DNA of 64,000 nt from a virus: the IMG/VR virus record IMGVR_UViG_3300012642_000011, positions 224,001-288,000 of that record, one strand, 5' to 3'. The translations under genes and the position numbers were made by a program. Every line of letters starts with the position of its first letter. Within the stretch, counting starts at the first letter, position 1. This document shows positions 1 to 9,530 of this stretch, one piece after another. Below the pieces are notes generated by a model. It was not told the origin of the DNA. It saw only the letters and a list, made by a program, of their open reading frames with translations, and ran no database searches.

Positions 1-496
1 CGTTGCCAGATACGTAGGCGTTATCAGTCAGCATGGCCTTACCAACCACCAGTACATAACCGGAAACTCGTGCGTTGCCAGTTACTCGCGCGTTGCCGGT
101 CACCCACACGTCGTCAGTCACTCGCGCTTCGTACTCCACTGTCGAGTTGCCTTCTACGCGTGCGTTGCCGGACACTTCTGCGTTCTCGAAAACCTCTGCG
201 TTACCGTACACCCACGCGTTGTCGGTTACTCGCGCGTTATCGTACACCTCCGCTTCACCGGACACTCGCGCGTTGTCGGTTACTCGTGCGTTACCGTAGA
301 CTACTGCGTAGTCGAATACTCGTGCATCATCGGCTACCCAAGCGTTTCCTGAAAGGTTACCCAGATGTTCCACATATCCGCCGAGATCACCGGCCTTCAC
401 GTCATGAGTAGGCAGGTCTCGTGTGGCTCGGATACGGTGGAGCGTGCGACCTTCATAGTGAATTGTTTCATCTGTTAATTCGAAGTGAGCGCTCAT
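1..496 (-). CDS. hexapeptide-repeat (LbH-like) paralog, N-terminal part only (3' end lies beyond window start); N-term MSAHFELTDETIHYEGRTLHRIRATRDLP... then xVxGNAxV repeats
   Basis: ATG at 494-496 after RBS GGAGAGAAAAC; N-terminal domain nearly identical to the six paralogs at 40.7-46.1 kb; 18-bp tandem DNA repeats. Confidence 0.6.
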   Translation of the reverse strand, partial: MSAHFELTDETIHYEGRTLHRIRATRDLPTHDVKAGDLGGYVEHLGNLSGNAWVADDARVFDYAVVYGNARVTDNARVSGEAEVYDNARVTDNAWVYGNAEVFENAEVSGNARVEGNSTVEYEARVTDDVWVTGNARVTGNARVSGYVLVVGKAMLTDNAYVSGN

Positions 497-723
497 GTTT
501 TCTCTCCTTAAGTAAGGTTAACTCTGGTTTGTCATTCTCATTGGTGATCGTATATTACCACAAGAATACGACATAAACAAGACGTGTATAAAACTTATGG
601 TGCGTATTTGCGCTTGTTATCGTTGTGGACTGTCGTTGTCGATAGGGACACAATCCAGTAATCCGTGAAAGAAGAATGCCCGCTATCCTCCCATGTGAAG
701 GTCAAGCGGGCATCCGTAGTTCG

Positions 724-975
724 TCAGGGCTGAAGAAGTTCATTCATGTAGTCGTGAGCATCCTTGGCGTTGTCGAACGTGGCGAGGGTCTCGCACGTCT
801 GATCGTCCCAGATGCTCACGGTAGCGTTCTTATGCGCGAGGTAGAACAGGTTAGAACTCACGTAAATGTTTGCTTCAGTCTGGACATCTCCGAACATGAT
901 GGATGCGCGAACCACCTCGGGCTTGCTAAGGGAAGTAGTCTCCATCTTGGTCAGTTCATTCAGGACGGTCTCCAT
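724..975 (-). CDS. hypothetical protein, 83 aa
   Basis: ORF with RBS GGAGAGATCATCATG; followed by conserved-loop terminator at 683-716. Confidence 0.5.
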   Translation of the reverse strand: METVLNELTKMETTSLSKPEVVRASIMFGDVQTEANIYVSSNLFYLAHKNATVSIWDDQTCETLATFDNAKDAHDYMNELLQP

Positions 976-1077
976 GATGATCTCTCCTTGTGAATGGTAG
1001 GTGTTCGCCTAAGTTGCTTTTCTTATTGTTGGAATCAATCTATCACGGGGGACGTGACGCGCGCAACTCTTAGGTTT

Positions 1078-1371
1078 TCAGATCAGCACACGCATCATGT
1101 CTGTGTCATCAATGGGGGCAAGCACACCGGCTCTCATCAAGTCGTGAGCAAACGCTGTACCGTACTTGCTTAGCGTCACCACGTTCTCGTGAGCGTGACG
1201 AGGATCGCGGATACCGATGACTTCACCCTCATCAGCAGTCCACGCGAGAAAGCGAAGCAGCAGGGTGCCATCGGTCTTCCAGACGGCGACAGCCTCATTG
1301 AAGTGGTTTCCGATGAAGGGGATCTTGAAGGGTGCAGTGGTAATGGCGGTGGTCTTGAAGATGCTTGCCAT
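1078..1371 (-). CDS. hypothetical protein, 97 aa
   Basis: ORF with RBS AGGAGAACATCATG. Confidence 0.5.
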   Translation of the reverse strand: MASIFKTTAITTAPFKIPFIGNHFNEAVAVWKTDGTLLLRFLAWTADEGEVIGIRDPRHAHENVVTLSKYGTAFAHDLMRAGVLAPIDDTDMMRVLI

Positions 1372-1615
1372 GATGTTCTCCTATGTTTGTACGGTGAGTA
1401 TCAAGGCAATCGTATCAGGCTATCAGCCTATTGTCTACATCATGTTTCGAGATCATTATGGCTATGTGGGGACACAGTAATAGGCTGCAGGATTGGACTT
1501 TTCCTATACCCGATTGTGTGATTGTTTTCGGATGCTGCGACACAATAGCCCGCCGTTCCATCGTGTGAGGTACTAGGCGGGCCATTGCTTATCTACTGTC
1601 TGCGATCAGCGCGGA

Positions 1616-1825
1616 TCACTCGGAGACGACGTACACGGTTCCGGTGGCAGGCTCGTAGTCTTCGGGGCAATTGTCGCACTGCCACGGGCCTTCCATCTTG
1701 GTGGTGCCGCGAATCTGCTCTTCAGTGTAGAAGTCGATGTGCTTGTTGCAGACCGCGTAGACTTCGTGGCCCTTGTTCGAGAATGCGAACAGGTCAACGA
1801 AAGGTGCGTTCGCGTTCTTCATCAT
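1616..1825 (-). CDS. hypothetical small Cys-containing protein (MMKNANAPF..., 69 aa)
   Basis: Internal start with RBS AAGGAGAGAGC; conserved promoter/leader variant at 1826-1930; upstream in-frame part of ORF 1616..1945 is translated leader. Confidence 0.5.
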   Translation of the reverse strand: MMKNANAPFVDLFAFSNKGHEVYAVCNKHIDFYTEEQIRGTTKMEGPWQCDNCPEDYEPATGTVYVVSE

Positions 1826-1937
1826 GATGCTCTCTCCTTGAGAGTAGTAGGGATCACTCTGTGTTACTCTCCCTGTTGATGACTCAACTCTACCATGGGG
1901 GACGTGACAAGTGCAACTCGTGCAACACGTTTTATTT

Positions 1938-2315
1938 TCAGTCAATGAAACCGTCCTCGATGATCCTTTCGATCATGTTGGCAGCCATGTTCAGAATGAT
2001 GTATGAATTGTCGTTTGCAAGGTCTGCAGCGTTTCGGAGCACTTCTAGTGCTTGCACGCTTTCCATCTCTGTAGGGGGTACTGTGTCCTCTCCTCCTGTA
2101 CCAGCGATGACAGCCCATGTGGAAATGGTCTGCTCTGCGTTCATGGTGTTGATGACCGTATCCGACCTTGAAAGCAACCAGCGGTAACGGATCTGGCTAA
2201 GGATGATGGCGGCGTTAGTAAGGATGGGGTGTTGCCCACGGATGAGGACGAGTTGACCTTGATCGTCTCTGCCCCATTGTGAGATGTTGATGTGTCGCTC
2301 ATGATTAATGCCCAT
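1938..2315 (-). CDS. hypothetical protein (MGINHERHINISQWG..., ~125 aa)
   Basis: Start chosen at Met preceded by GGAGACAATC; sigma70-like TTGCTA-17-TATCAT upstream (2340-2375, minus strand). Confidence 0.4.
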   Translation of the reverse strand: MGINHERHINISQWGRDDQGQLVLIRGQHPILTNAAIILSQIRYRWLLSRSDTVINTMNAEQTISTWAVIAGTGGEDTVPPTEMESVQALEVLRNAADLANDNSYIILNMAANMIERIIEDGFID

Positions 2316-2420
2316 GATTGTCTCCATGTCGATGATTGTTTTATCGAATGATAGCATATGGTTCTTTTGGTAGCAAGGTGGGGGCATGGGGACACGGAAT
2401 TATCACTAGGAAAGAACAAC

Positions 2421-2458
2421 GGCCCGCTGTCCTCCCGTGTGTGGGATTCTAGCGGGCC
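2421..2458 (-). terminator. intrinsic terminator, conserved-loop family (GGCCCGCU-loop AGAAUCCCACACGGGAGGAC-AGCGGGCC, then GUUGUUCUUUC)
   Basis: GC stem + U-rich tail on minus-strand transcript immediately after stop of 2472..2885. Confidence 0.6.
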
Positions 2459-2471
2459 GTTGCGGTTGGGG

Positions 2472-2885
2472 TCAGTCGCCCTCGCCATCGGCGCTAGTCT
2501 TCACGTCAATGTCCGGCACGACGTTCTCCGGCTTGAAGATGACACGATGATGGTACTCGCTGACATCAGCAGAATCAATCTGCTCCGCAATATAAGTAAC
2601 GTTGTCAGACAGGCCAAGGAAATGCTTCTTGTACTCGTTGGGGCCAATCTTGCATGTTACCTCAAGCTGACCATCTGCATCGACAATAGAGCATCGACCC
2701 TCTACCGTAAGCATGTACTTATCCGTGATTCCATTGTAGAAAACCACACGGCGATTGATTTCAAAGTTGTCTGCAGCAGTCGAAAGATTGTCACTAGCCC
2801 TTGACGCGCCAGACTGACAGCCGGTAAGCCCAAGGACAAGAGCACATGCGGCACCAACAAAAGCAAGGTTCTTCTTCTTATTCAT
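2472..2885 (-). CDS. putative lipoprotein (signal peptide with lipobox LTGC), 137 aa
   Basis: N-term MNKKKNLAFVGAACALVLGLTGC; RBS GGAGAGTAATG. Confidence 0.55.
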   Translation of the reverse strand: MNKKKNLAFVGAACALVLGLTGCQSGASRASDNLSTAADNFEINRRVVFYNGITDKYMLTVEGRCSIVDADGQLEVTCKIGPNEYKKHFLGLSDNVTYIAEQIDSADVSEYHHRVIFKPENVVPDIDVKTSADGEGD

Positions 2886-3200
2886 TACTCTCCTAATAGA
2901 TGTTTAAAGATGTGAACGTGGTTGATTCATTCGAGGTGATGGGCGGGTGTTTGTTCACGACATGTTATCTCCTTGAAAGCATTGGTCTTATGTTGTTCTC
3001 TTGATCTGATGCTCTCAATGTACAATAGGAACTCTTCACAGTCAAGTCAAGTCGAAGAAATTGTCGTGACGTGTGTAGGTTTTACGAAGACAAGTGTACG
3101 CTTCACCTTTAGCGGGAGGTTAAGGGACACAATTTAAACATCCCGTTATGAAGACAACGGCCCGCTGTCCTCCCGTGTGGGATTCTAGCGTGCCGCTGGT

Positions 3201-3566
3201 TCAGTAGTACAGGGCGATCCACCCGATGGTTTCCCCGTCATCGTCCTGCACAGTGGTCGTGTAGAAGTGAATCAGATCGGTTTCGGGGTTGTCGTTGAAC
3301 GCTCGTGCGATCATGCCTGCACTGAACACCTCGGAAGTGTGCATGATTGCGCCGTCGTAGCCGTGCTGGTTGCTGGAACCGTGGAGGGTTTTGAGGCCGT
3401 GGGGGATCGTGAGTTCCAACGCGCCATCGTGCTTGTCGTAGGTCTCCACCGTCTCGGGGAAGTCATGCTCAAGGATGGTCTGGTACTCACCGTTGGCACG
3501 GACGAGGACGGCGGCGTACTCGCTGTCGTTGATGGCTTGGGCTGCGTCGTTGTAGATGCTGGACAT
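3201..3566 (-). CDS. hypothetical protein, paralog family with 11454..11906 and 56927..57361
   Basis: Start MSSIYNDAAQ after conserved leader; shared motifs (LMHESE/HTSE, IGWIALYY vs FSWVTLYREP). Confidence 0.5.
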   Translation of the reverse strand: MSSIYNDAAQAINDSEYAAVLVRANGEYQTILEHDFPETVETYDKHDGALELTIPHGLKTLHGSSNQHGYDGAIMHTSEVFSAGMIARAFNDNPETDLIHFYTTTVQDDDGETIGWIALYY

Positions 3567-3779
3567 GATGTTCTCCTTGTGGAGTGTGGGGCTGATTACT
3601 GATGTAAGCATACCATGTTGACAGGGTGTTGTCTATAGATGGTTTTAATCTGGTCAACCTTTTATTTGGGGACACAGGATTGATCTCTTGCCCCGACGTT
3701 TAGGCTGAAGTCACATATCTGTGATTGTTATGTCTCAGTTATGTGACTTCAGCGTGCAACGTAGTCCAGTTATGTGACT

Positions 3780-4043
3780 TCACCGTGCAGCGTAGGCCGC
3801 TCGACGCTGTTCCTCATGGGCGGTCACAACGTCCTTGATGATGCGATGATCCAGCAGGATTCCCGTAGCGTCGAAGAGGTCATCCTTCATGGTTTCAAGG
3901 ACGTGGACGCGGGCGCGCTGACGCTGTTCAGCGGCTGTGATGATGGTGCTGCCCCGTCGCTTGCACAGGGTGTTCTTCATCTCCTTGCGATGCGTCTTGT
4001 AGCAGTTGTAGATGCGCTGGGAGATGTCAGGGGTGATGGTCAT
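3780..4043 (-). CDS. small basic protein, paralog of 39256..39522 (and 59216..59554)
   Basis: MTITPDISQRIYNCYK... similar to MTIISDNVDARVFNAYK...; weak RBS. Confidence 0.4.
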   Translation of the reverse strand: MTITPDISQRIYNCYKTHRKEMKNTLCKRRGSTIITAAEQRQRARVHVLETMKDDLFDATGILLDHRIIKDVVTAHEEQRRAAYAAR

Positions 4044-4230
4044 GGTGATCGTCTTTTCTGTGCGGTCTATGTTCCCACGGTTGTGGTGTCTTCACACTCT
4101 ACAGTGCGTGGTTCCTGATGTCAACACGGGGGACGGACAATCTGGTTGCTTGTGTTCCTTTCTTGTGGTATGCTTCCATGAGAACACCACGAAGGGGTTC
4201 GCGCAATTACACTTCTCAAGGAGAACAGGC

Positions 4231-4608
4231 ATGACCAAGACCGCTTACCAGACCAACACTGGATCAATCCGAGGAGATGTGGCTCTGCTCAAGGAGACCA
4301 TGGATCGTGAGTTCGCGGTGCTGGTGAATCCGTCGCTGAAGAATCTCGACAAGGCAACAGACACTGCACGCAAGTCGGCAGTGGTGCGTCTGGCGAACTA
4401 CACCGCCAAGATGGAGCTGTGTGACCTCCTTACGCTTCTGGTTCATGAGGATGCTGACGATGACACCATCGTGCGCAATGCTCGCAAGCACATCTACGAT
4501 ACCCTGATCTGCAACCACAACTCGCTGTCCGATCTTCAGGCGGCGCGCCGAGATATGATGGAGAACATGGCGTTTGAATTCAGGTGGATGAGCATTCGCC
4601 CGGAGTGA
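4231..4608 (+). CDS. hypothetical protein, 125 aa
   Basis: ATG after RBS AAGGAGAACAGGC; upstream part of ORF 4012..4608 lacks RBS. Confidence 0.5.
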   Translation: MTKTAYQTNTGSIRGDVALLKETMDREFAVLVNPSLKNLDKATDTARKSAVVRLANYTAKMELCDLLTLLVHEDADDDTIVRNARKHIYDTLICNHNSLSDLQAARRDMMENMAFEFRWMSIRPE

Positions 4609-4801
4609 GAATCGCTGCAAGGCCACGGTAGTCATTCGAGACTACCGTGGCCTTGTTGTATCTGCATGTACTTTGGTACTTCAACAGGGGACACAGAAAA
4701 CAATAGCCAATGGAGCCACAGTCATCATGACTCCATTGGCTGCTTTTGCGGTCAGATCTTCAACCTCTCTATGATCTACCCTCCTGTCTTGTGTAGGGTG
4801 A

Positions 4802-5077
4802 TCAGTCGAGGGTGATGGTCTCGCGCACCAGATCCATGGAACGGTCCCACGTGTTCTTCTCGACCTCGTTATCGCTGAGGCGGCGGGCGTTCTTGATGCG
4901 ATCCTCCATCACGGCCACAGCCTCAGCCTTGGTCATCTCAGGGGTAAGGTGGTCCGTGAACATGTCAGACGTGTTCCACACGTCCGCCTCGTGGTAAGAC
5001 TCCTCGGTACCCATGTCCGTGGCGATCTTCCAGTTCTGATGGAAAGCGTCCGAGAGGGTCTTTGCGATGGTAGCCAT
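4802..5077 (-). CDS. hypothetical protein, 91 aa
   Basis: ORF with RBS and leader variant ending ...gacgctccatgagcaag. Confidence 0.5.
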   Translation of the reverse strand: MATIAKTLSDAFHQNWKIATDMGTEESYHEADVWNTSDMFTDHLTPEMTKAEAVAVMEDRIKNARRLSDNEVEKNTWDRSMDLVRETITLD

Positions 5078-5180
5078 GGTCTTCTCCTTCTGGATTCGTG
5101 GTGCTTGGCTTTCCTCACACCGTTGATGTTTTCAGTCTACTACGCTGGACGCTCCATGAGCAAGACCAGCGTCGAGTGGA

Positions 5181-5369
5181 TCAGACAGTCTCGATGCGGA
5201 TGATCTGGAAGTTCATGTCATCGACAGTGTCCAGCGCGGTCGCTTGGGAGAAGATCGCCATCGCCTCTGCCATGTCCTTGGCCTCCACCGTCATGGTGGC
5301 GTTCTCGGCAACCGTGTCCTCCAGGTCGGGAGCAAGGATGCGAGCGATGTAACGGAACGTGCGGTTCAT
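5181..5369 (-). CDS. hypothetical small protein, paralog of 48193..48402 (C-term DMNFQIIRIE)
   Basis: Shared C-terminal motif with 48193..48402. Confidence 0.45.
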   Translation of the reverse strand: MNRTFRYIARILAPDLEDTVAENATMTVEAKDMAEAMAIFSQATALDTVDDMNFQIIRIETV

Positions 5370-5625
5370 GGTGTCCTCTTTCAGTCTAGGATGGTGGTGG
5401 CAGTGTTGCCAATGTCTTCAGGCTACACGGACGACATGGGCGCTGTCAAGTACTCATCTGGAATCAGGTGGGCACGGGTATCCCTTGTCTGTCAGGGGTG
5501 AATTGACAACAAGACGCTCCATCGATGGAATCAATCCATACTACTTTGACAGGACTGCACATTTGTGGAAGGATACTTACAAAGGCAACCATGCCTGGAC
5601 AGGCAACCATCACCTGAAGGAGTAG

Positions 5626-5724
5626 ATGATGAACAACATCACCACCCGCGAGCAGATGCACAATCTGGTGCCTCTGATGAACGCTCTGAACCGTCACCCG
5701 CAGTCGCTGATTTTGTTACAATAA
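5626..5724 (+). pseudogene. 5' fragment of a gene truncated by IS insertion (MMNNITTREQMHNLVPLMNALNRHPQSL + 4 IS-encoded codons)
   Basis: RBS GAAGGAG; ORF runs into the AT-rich IS left end at ~5712 and stops at 5724. Confidence 0.4.
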
Positions 5725-7262
5725 TCACAATCCTAACAATTTTTACATAAGAGGATTTTCACGATAGTTCTTGATATAATCAAGCATGAGAAAAACACAC
5801 GCACCATTTAGACTTACGCATTATGAGATCCACGAAGGAAAAGCCACCAAAAAGGCAATCCTTCAAGAACTCACACGTATGAGCACATGGATGCGCGCAG
5901 AACAAGAACACTACTTCAAAAGCGACATGAACCGCATCATCCAAGAATTTCACAAAGGTGAAATCTTTACCGGTTCCCTTAACTCCCTCGGACGAACCCT
6001 CAACATACAACCATACAAGAACTACCCACACAATGCCTACAACATGAGCGAAATGCTCAGAACTTCCGTCCTCGCCCGCACCGCCGGACAAATACAAGAT
6101 GCCGCAATCTGCGAAATCATCAACAAAGACAATCAAAATGATACAAAAAAGATCATCCAAGACTTCAAGAATACTTATCCACACCTCAAAAAACCCACAG
6201 AAGCACACACCACAGCAGTAGCCAAAAGGCTCATCGAGAAGGGGGTCATTGCTGGAGAACCTGCTCCTGATGGGATCATTAACCTCTCCGCCACAGATAC
6301 TCACTATTGCAAAATCACAAGAGATAATCGCAATCTTTATTTAACTATTCGCTCCCTTGGAGAGTTAGGGCGAGTTGTGCTGAAGTTCAGAATCCCCAAA
6401 AGCGATAGGTTTAGCGGGGGTAAAATAACACGACCCAATATTGCTATCAAAAATGGGGAACCTGTTTTCTACTTCACTGTTCAACATGAGATTGAAACCT
6501 TACCCTACAACTCCCGCGTTCTCGGAGTAGATCTCGGCAAGATTGAAGAATATGTTGCTACCATTGTTGATGGTAACGAGATGAGCTATAGCGCTCCTTA
6601 TTATGCTCGAAAGAAAGTGAAAAGCATCACTGAACAGATGGATAAACTATGGAGACAGTATAATTCTAATAAATACAAGAAAGAAATGAATGAGAAGTTT
6701 GGTCATTTAAATCGCGCAAGCATTCATAAGACGGAATGCCAGAGAATCAGGTCAAGAATCACTCGGTTGAAGAATGAGAGAGCACTCACTATTGCTGCTC
6801 ATTTGGTAGAGGTTGCTGAGCGCAATGGCGTTAGCCTGATTTCTGTTGAGCAGTTATCATGGTTAGGGTCTAAAGGTGGCAAGTGGGAGCATTCTGCTAT
6901 TCAGAATGCTATGGAGAATCGTGGGAGACGTTCTGGCATCGGGGTGCGTAAAGTGAGTGCTAGGGGGACTTCCACTCATTGTTCTAAGTGTAATAAGGAG
7001 GCTCGTCAGTCTGGGCGTTTTGTGATTTGTGATTCTTGTGGTTTAAAGTTGAATCGTGATGTGTCTGCTTCTCGTAAGGTAGGCGTGAGGGCTATTCCTA
7101 ACGCTACTAAACAGTTTAACCATTATAAGCAGGTTTTATCGGTGATGACGCGATCATCGAGGCGGGTTACTATGGTTCCCTCTCCTTACCTCCAGAGTGT
7201 TACGATTGATTCTCAGGAATCTAAGAATTGTAACAACCTAGAGTAGCGTCCGCTGTTGAACC
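5712..7262 (+). mobile_element. IS200/IS605-family tnpB-only insertion (IS1341-like), AT-rich island; boundaries approximate
   Basis: Abrupt drop in GC at ~5712 and return at ~7247; contains TnpB ORF; no tnpA. Confidence 0.6.
5786..7246 (+). CDS. tnpB: TnpB-like RNA-guided endonuclease (RuvC-like D/E/D and CxxC..CxxC zinc ribbon), 486 aa
   Basis: N-term ...HAPFRLTHYE...; VLGVDLGK (RuvC-I), ISVEQL (RuvC-II), CSKCNKEARQSGRFVICDSCGLKLNRDVSASRKV (Zn ribbon + RuvC-III); AT-rich codon usage. Confidence 0.75.
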   Translation: MRKTHAPFRLTHYEIHEGKATKKAILQELTRMSTWMRAEQEHYFKSDMNRIIQEFHKGEIFTGSLNSLGRTLNIQPYKNYPHNAYNMSEMLRTSVLARTAGQIQDAAICEIINKDNQNDTKKIIQDFKNTYPHLKKPTEAHTTAVAKRLIEKGVIAGEPAPDGIINLSATDTHYCKITRDNRNLYLTIRSLGELGRVVLKFRIPKSDRFSGGKITRPNIAIKNGEPVFYFTVQHEIETLPYNSRVLGVDLGKIEEYVATIVDGNEMSYSAPYYARKKVKSITEQMDKLWRQYNSNKYKKEMNEKFGHLNRASIHKTECQRIRSRITRLKNERALTIAAHLVEVAERNGVSLISVEQLSWLGSKGGKWEHSAIQNAMENRGRRSGIGVRKVSARGTSTHCSKCNKEARQSGRFVICDSCGLKLNRDVSASRKVGVRAIPNATKQFNHYKQVLSVMTRSSRRVTMVPSPYLQSVTIDSQESKNCNNLE

Positions 7263-7645
7263 ATGACATCGAGAACACATGGGGGCTGCATGTTGTCGCT
7301 GTCAGCGTTGATAACCCGAACCTGCTCATCACCACAGACATGATGGGGGAGAGTTCCAAGGTGCTGGTCATCGACGGCGACATTGACTTGCGCGACATGG
7401 ATGACCCTGATTCCTATGATGAGGATGGGTCCATTGCCTCCGATATGGTCTTCAACATCGTGGATGAGGTGATGGGGGTGATGGAGACCAACATCCTCAC
7501 GGACTTCTATCGCCTCTTCCTTGACAAGAACACCAAGGTCGAACTTAACCCCATGCTCATCACAAGCCTGTCGAAGTCGGGGGTGCGGTTGTATGTCGCC
7601 TCTGGTTACGAACTCAAGGTCATGAAGATCGCCCGTCTCGCCTGA
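7256..7645 (+). CDS. hypothetical acidic protein; possibly the 3' remnant of the gene interrupted by the IS (no RBS, TTG-start ORF)
   Basis: ORF begins immediately after IS right end without promoter/RBS; terminator hairpin downstream. Confidence 0.35.
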   Translation: MNHDIENTWGLHVVAVSVDNPNLLITTDMMGESSKVLVIDGDIDLRDMDDPDSYDEDGSIASDMVFNIVDEVMGVMETNILTDFYRLFLDKNTKVELNPMLITSLSKSGVRLYVASGYELKVMKIARLA

Positions 7646-7650
7646 TCTCA

Positions 7651-7688
7651 AGCAAGAACCCCAGTCAGACATAACTGGGGTTCTTGCT
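7651..7688 (+). terminator. hairpin agcaagaacccc-agtcagacataact-ggggttcttgct
   Basis: 12-bp perfect stem after stop of 7256..7645. Confidence 0.5.
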
Positions 7689-7863
7689 TGGCTCTCAATC
7701 AGGGGACACAATAAGTGACTTCTTCCAACTCGTAACCTTGAACTCTCCTCGCGCTTTCATCTTCTGTAGAAGTCATGTGTCCTTGGACAGCACGCAACCC
7801 CGACTCTACCATGTGTGAAACAAGGTCGGATCGGGGTTGCGTCGTCTATGCGCAGATGAGGCA

Positions 7864-8154
7864 TCAGCAATCGTCAGAGGAGTAGTAACTATACGTGTAA
7901 TCGTAACAGAAAGAGGCGATTTCCGCATAATCCACATAGTACTTTCCGACCTTCGCAACGCGCTTCGGGCTTTCGGTTGCAACGCGAGTGTTGCTGTTGA
8001 TGGCGGTGGCAATCCTCTCAACGGTATCCTTCGCCTCTTGCGCGCTTATCATGTGCGCTTTGATCACATGCCCTGAAGTGAGAACCACAGTGACATAGTG
8101 ATACAGTTTGTAGTTCTCATCAGTCTCGGCTTCAAGGTTGCTGACGTTCTTCAT
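7864..8154 (-). CDS. hypothetical protein (MKNVSNLEAE..., 96 aa)
   Basis: RBS AAGGAGGAATGAGAAGGGTC-ATG. Confidence 0.5.
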   Translation of the reverse strand: MKNVSNLEAETDENYKLYHYVTVVLTSGHVIKAHMISAQEAKDTVERIATAINSNTRVATESPKRVAKVGKYYVDYAEIASFCYDYTYSYYSSDDC

Positions 8155-8462
8155 GACCCTTCTCATTCCTCCTTGTGTAGTGTGGCGGTTGCAGGATCTT
8201 CCTTGTCCTGTTGCTGATGTGAGTATAACATGCAGTATGCTTCTTGTACAGTGTCGATTCTAAGACTGATCTCTTCACAAGTTCTTGATCGCTTGCGGTG
8301 AAGCAGCAACAGTAGGGGCGCGAGATGGAAGCACTGGGGGACACAGATTGTATTGAATCCTGCATAGTTCTTTGTGTCGCTCACGGCCGTCATAGGACGG
8401 AAGAGCGACAAGAATATCTCCCTGCAAGAGGGGGTGGGGATTATGCCCCACCCCTCACCTTG

Positions 8463-8777
8463 TCAAGCGACGATTTCGAGGATTTCCTCGCGGTGCGGGT
8501 GAATTCTCACCGTGACCCCATGGAAGTCAAGATCAAAGAACCGCTCGCCCTCGAACGCGTCACGACCCACCCCCACCACGGTGGCGACTCGCGGAGCATA
8601 GGCCCCGAGGTAGGCACCGGCGAAATCGGGATTAATCTTCAGCATCCATCCCACGCACTCGATATGATCGGGGTTGTCTTTCGACTTGATGACGCCGTTG
8701 TGCGACTTGACCAGAGCCAGCACGTCGCCTACCTTGATGGCGGACTGAAAGACGGGAGTGGTGTTGTAGTCCTTCAT
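8463..8777 (-). CDS. hypothetical protein (MKDYNTTPVFQ..., 104 aa)
   Basis: Conserved leader 8778-8860 with AAGGAGAGAAC-ATG; upstream 21 codons of ORF are translated leader. Confidence 0.55.
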   Translation of the reverse strand: MKDYNTTPVFQSAIKVGDVLALVKSHNGVIKSKDNPDHIECVGWMLKINPDFAGAYLGAYAPRVATVVGVGRDAFEGERFFDLDFHGVTVRIHPHREEILEIVA

Positions 8778-9016
8778 GTTCTCTCCTTGAGAGTGATGGT
8801 CTTGGGTTGTTCCCTTGACCTGATGAATCAATAGTACCACGAGGGACGCTCCATGTTCAAGTACCCTATGGAGTAATTTTTACGGCACGCTCGGCAGCAC
8901 AATCGCTGCGTCATTACCGTCTTGTAATGCTTGATTGACGAGATTGCGTTTATGGTGTAGGCTGGTTTCAGAACAACAGATCAGGGCGACTCGCCCCTCA
9001 CAGAAACGAGAACATC

Positions 9017-9481
9017 ATGAGCACGAACTTCTACCTTGTCCCCGCCGTTGCCGTGCAGTCGGGAATGGATCTGTCGTGGCTGACGAAGGTTCATCTGGGC
9101 AAGCGCTCCAATGGTCGGGTCATGCTTCAGGCGCTTGTGGGCGAGTGGGACAACGATAACACTGATGTCCTCAAGAAGCAGTCGGATTACGTGAGGATGG
9201 GTGCACCGCAGTTCTCCTTCATGGACGCTCCGGTGATCGACACGTGGGCTGTGATGCGCTCCATGCTGGTTTCCGGCGAGTTCGACGTGGTTGATGAGTA
9301 TGGACGGAGCGGGCTGATGATGGAGTTCATTAAGAGCGTGGAGGTTGACCCCTCTGGCGCTCACAGGGAGATGATGGACTACTTCGATTCGCTGAATCCC
9401 GGACACTACAGCCTGCCTTATCGTGAGCACCACTTCATGGACGATCAGGGATTCTCCTTCTCCGTCTCGGATTTCTCCTGA
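9017..9481 (+). CDS. hypothetical protein, 154 aa
   Basis: Alternative conserved plus-strand leader CAGGGCGACTCGCCCCTCACAGAAACGAGAACATC-ATG. Confidence 0.55.
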   Translation: MSTNFYLVPAVAVQSGMDLSWLTKVHLGKRSNGRVMLQALVGEWDNDNTDVLKKQSDYVRMGAPQFSFMDAPVIDTWAVMRSMLVSGEFDVVDEYGRSGLMMEFIKSVEVDPSGAHREMMDYFDSLNPGHYSLPYREHHFMDDQGFSFSVSDFS

Positions 9482-9493
9482 TCGTTTCACGTC

Positions 9494-9530
9494 GGGCGGG
9501 GCTGGCTACGGCTGGCCCCGTTTGATGTTT
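9494..9530 (+). terminator. intrinsic terminator (GC-rich hairpin + TTTGATGTTT)
   Basis: gggcggggctggctacggctggccccg followed by T-rich run after stop of 9017..9481. Confidence 0.55.

Noticed and set aside
70-411. Short plus-strand ORFs rich in TRALP/HR repeats (70..411, 40954..41220, 43009..43305, 45388..46050 etc.)
   Set aside because: They are out-of-frame or antisense readings of the 18-bp tandem repeats inside the LbH-like genes.
5786-7246. Possibility that the 486-aa RuvC/zinc-ribbon protein is a CRISPR-Cas12 effector
   Set aside because: No repeat-spacer array or cas1/cas2 lies nearby. The N-terminal FRL motif, its size and the AT-rich IS-like context fit TnpB.
8778-8840. N-terminal extensions 'MVLLIHQVKG/EGTAQDH.SQGE' on many track ORFs (also at 13754, 25126, 33369, 37236, 63365)
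   Set aside because: They are translations of the conserved 5' leader (ATGGTACTATTGATTCATCAGGTC...), which sits in the -10 region. The real starts are the downstream ATGs with AAGGAGA.
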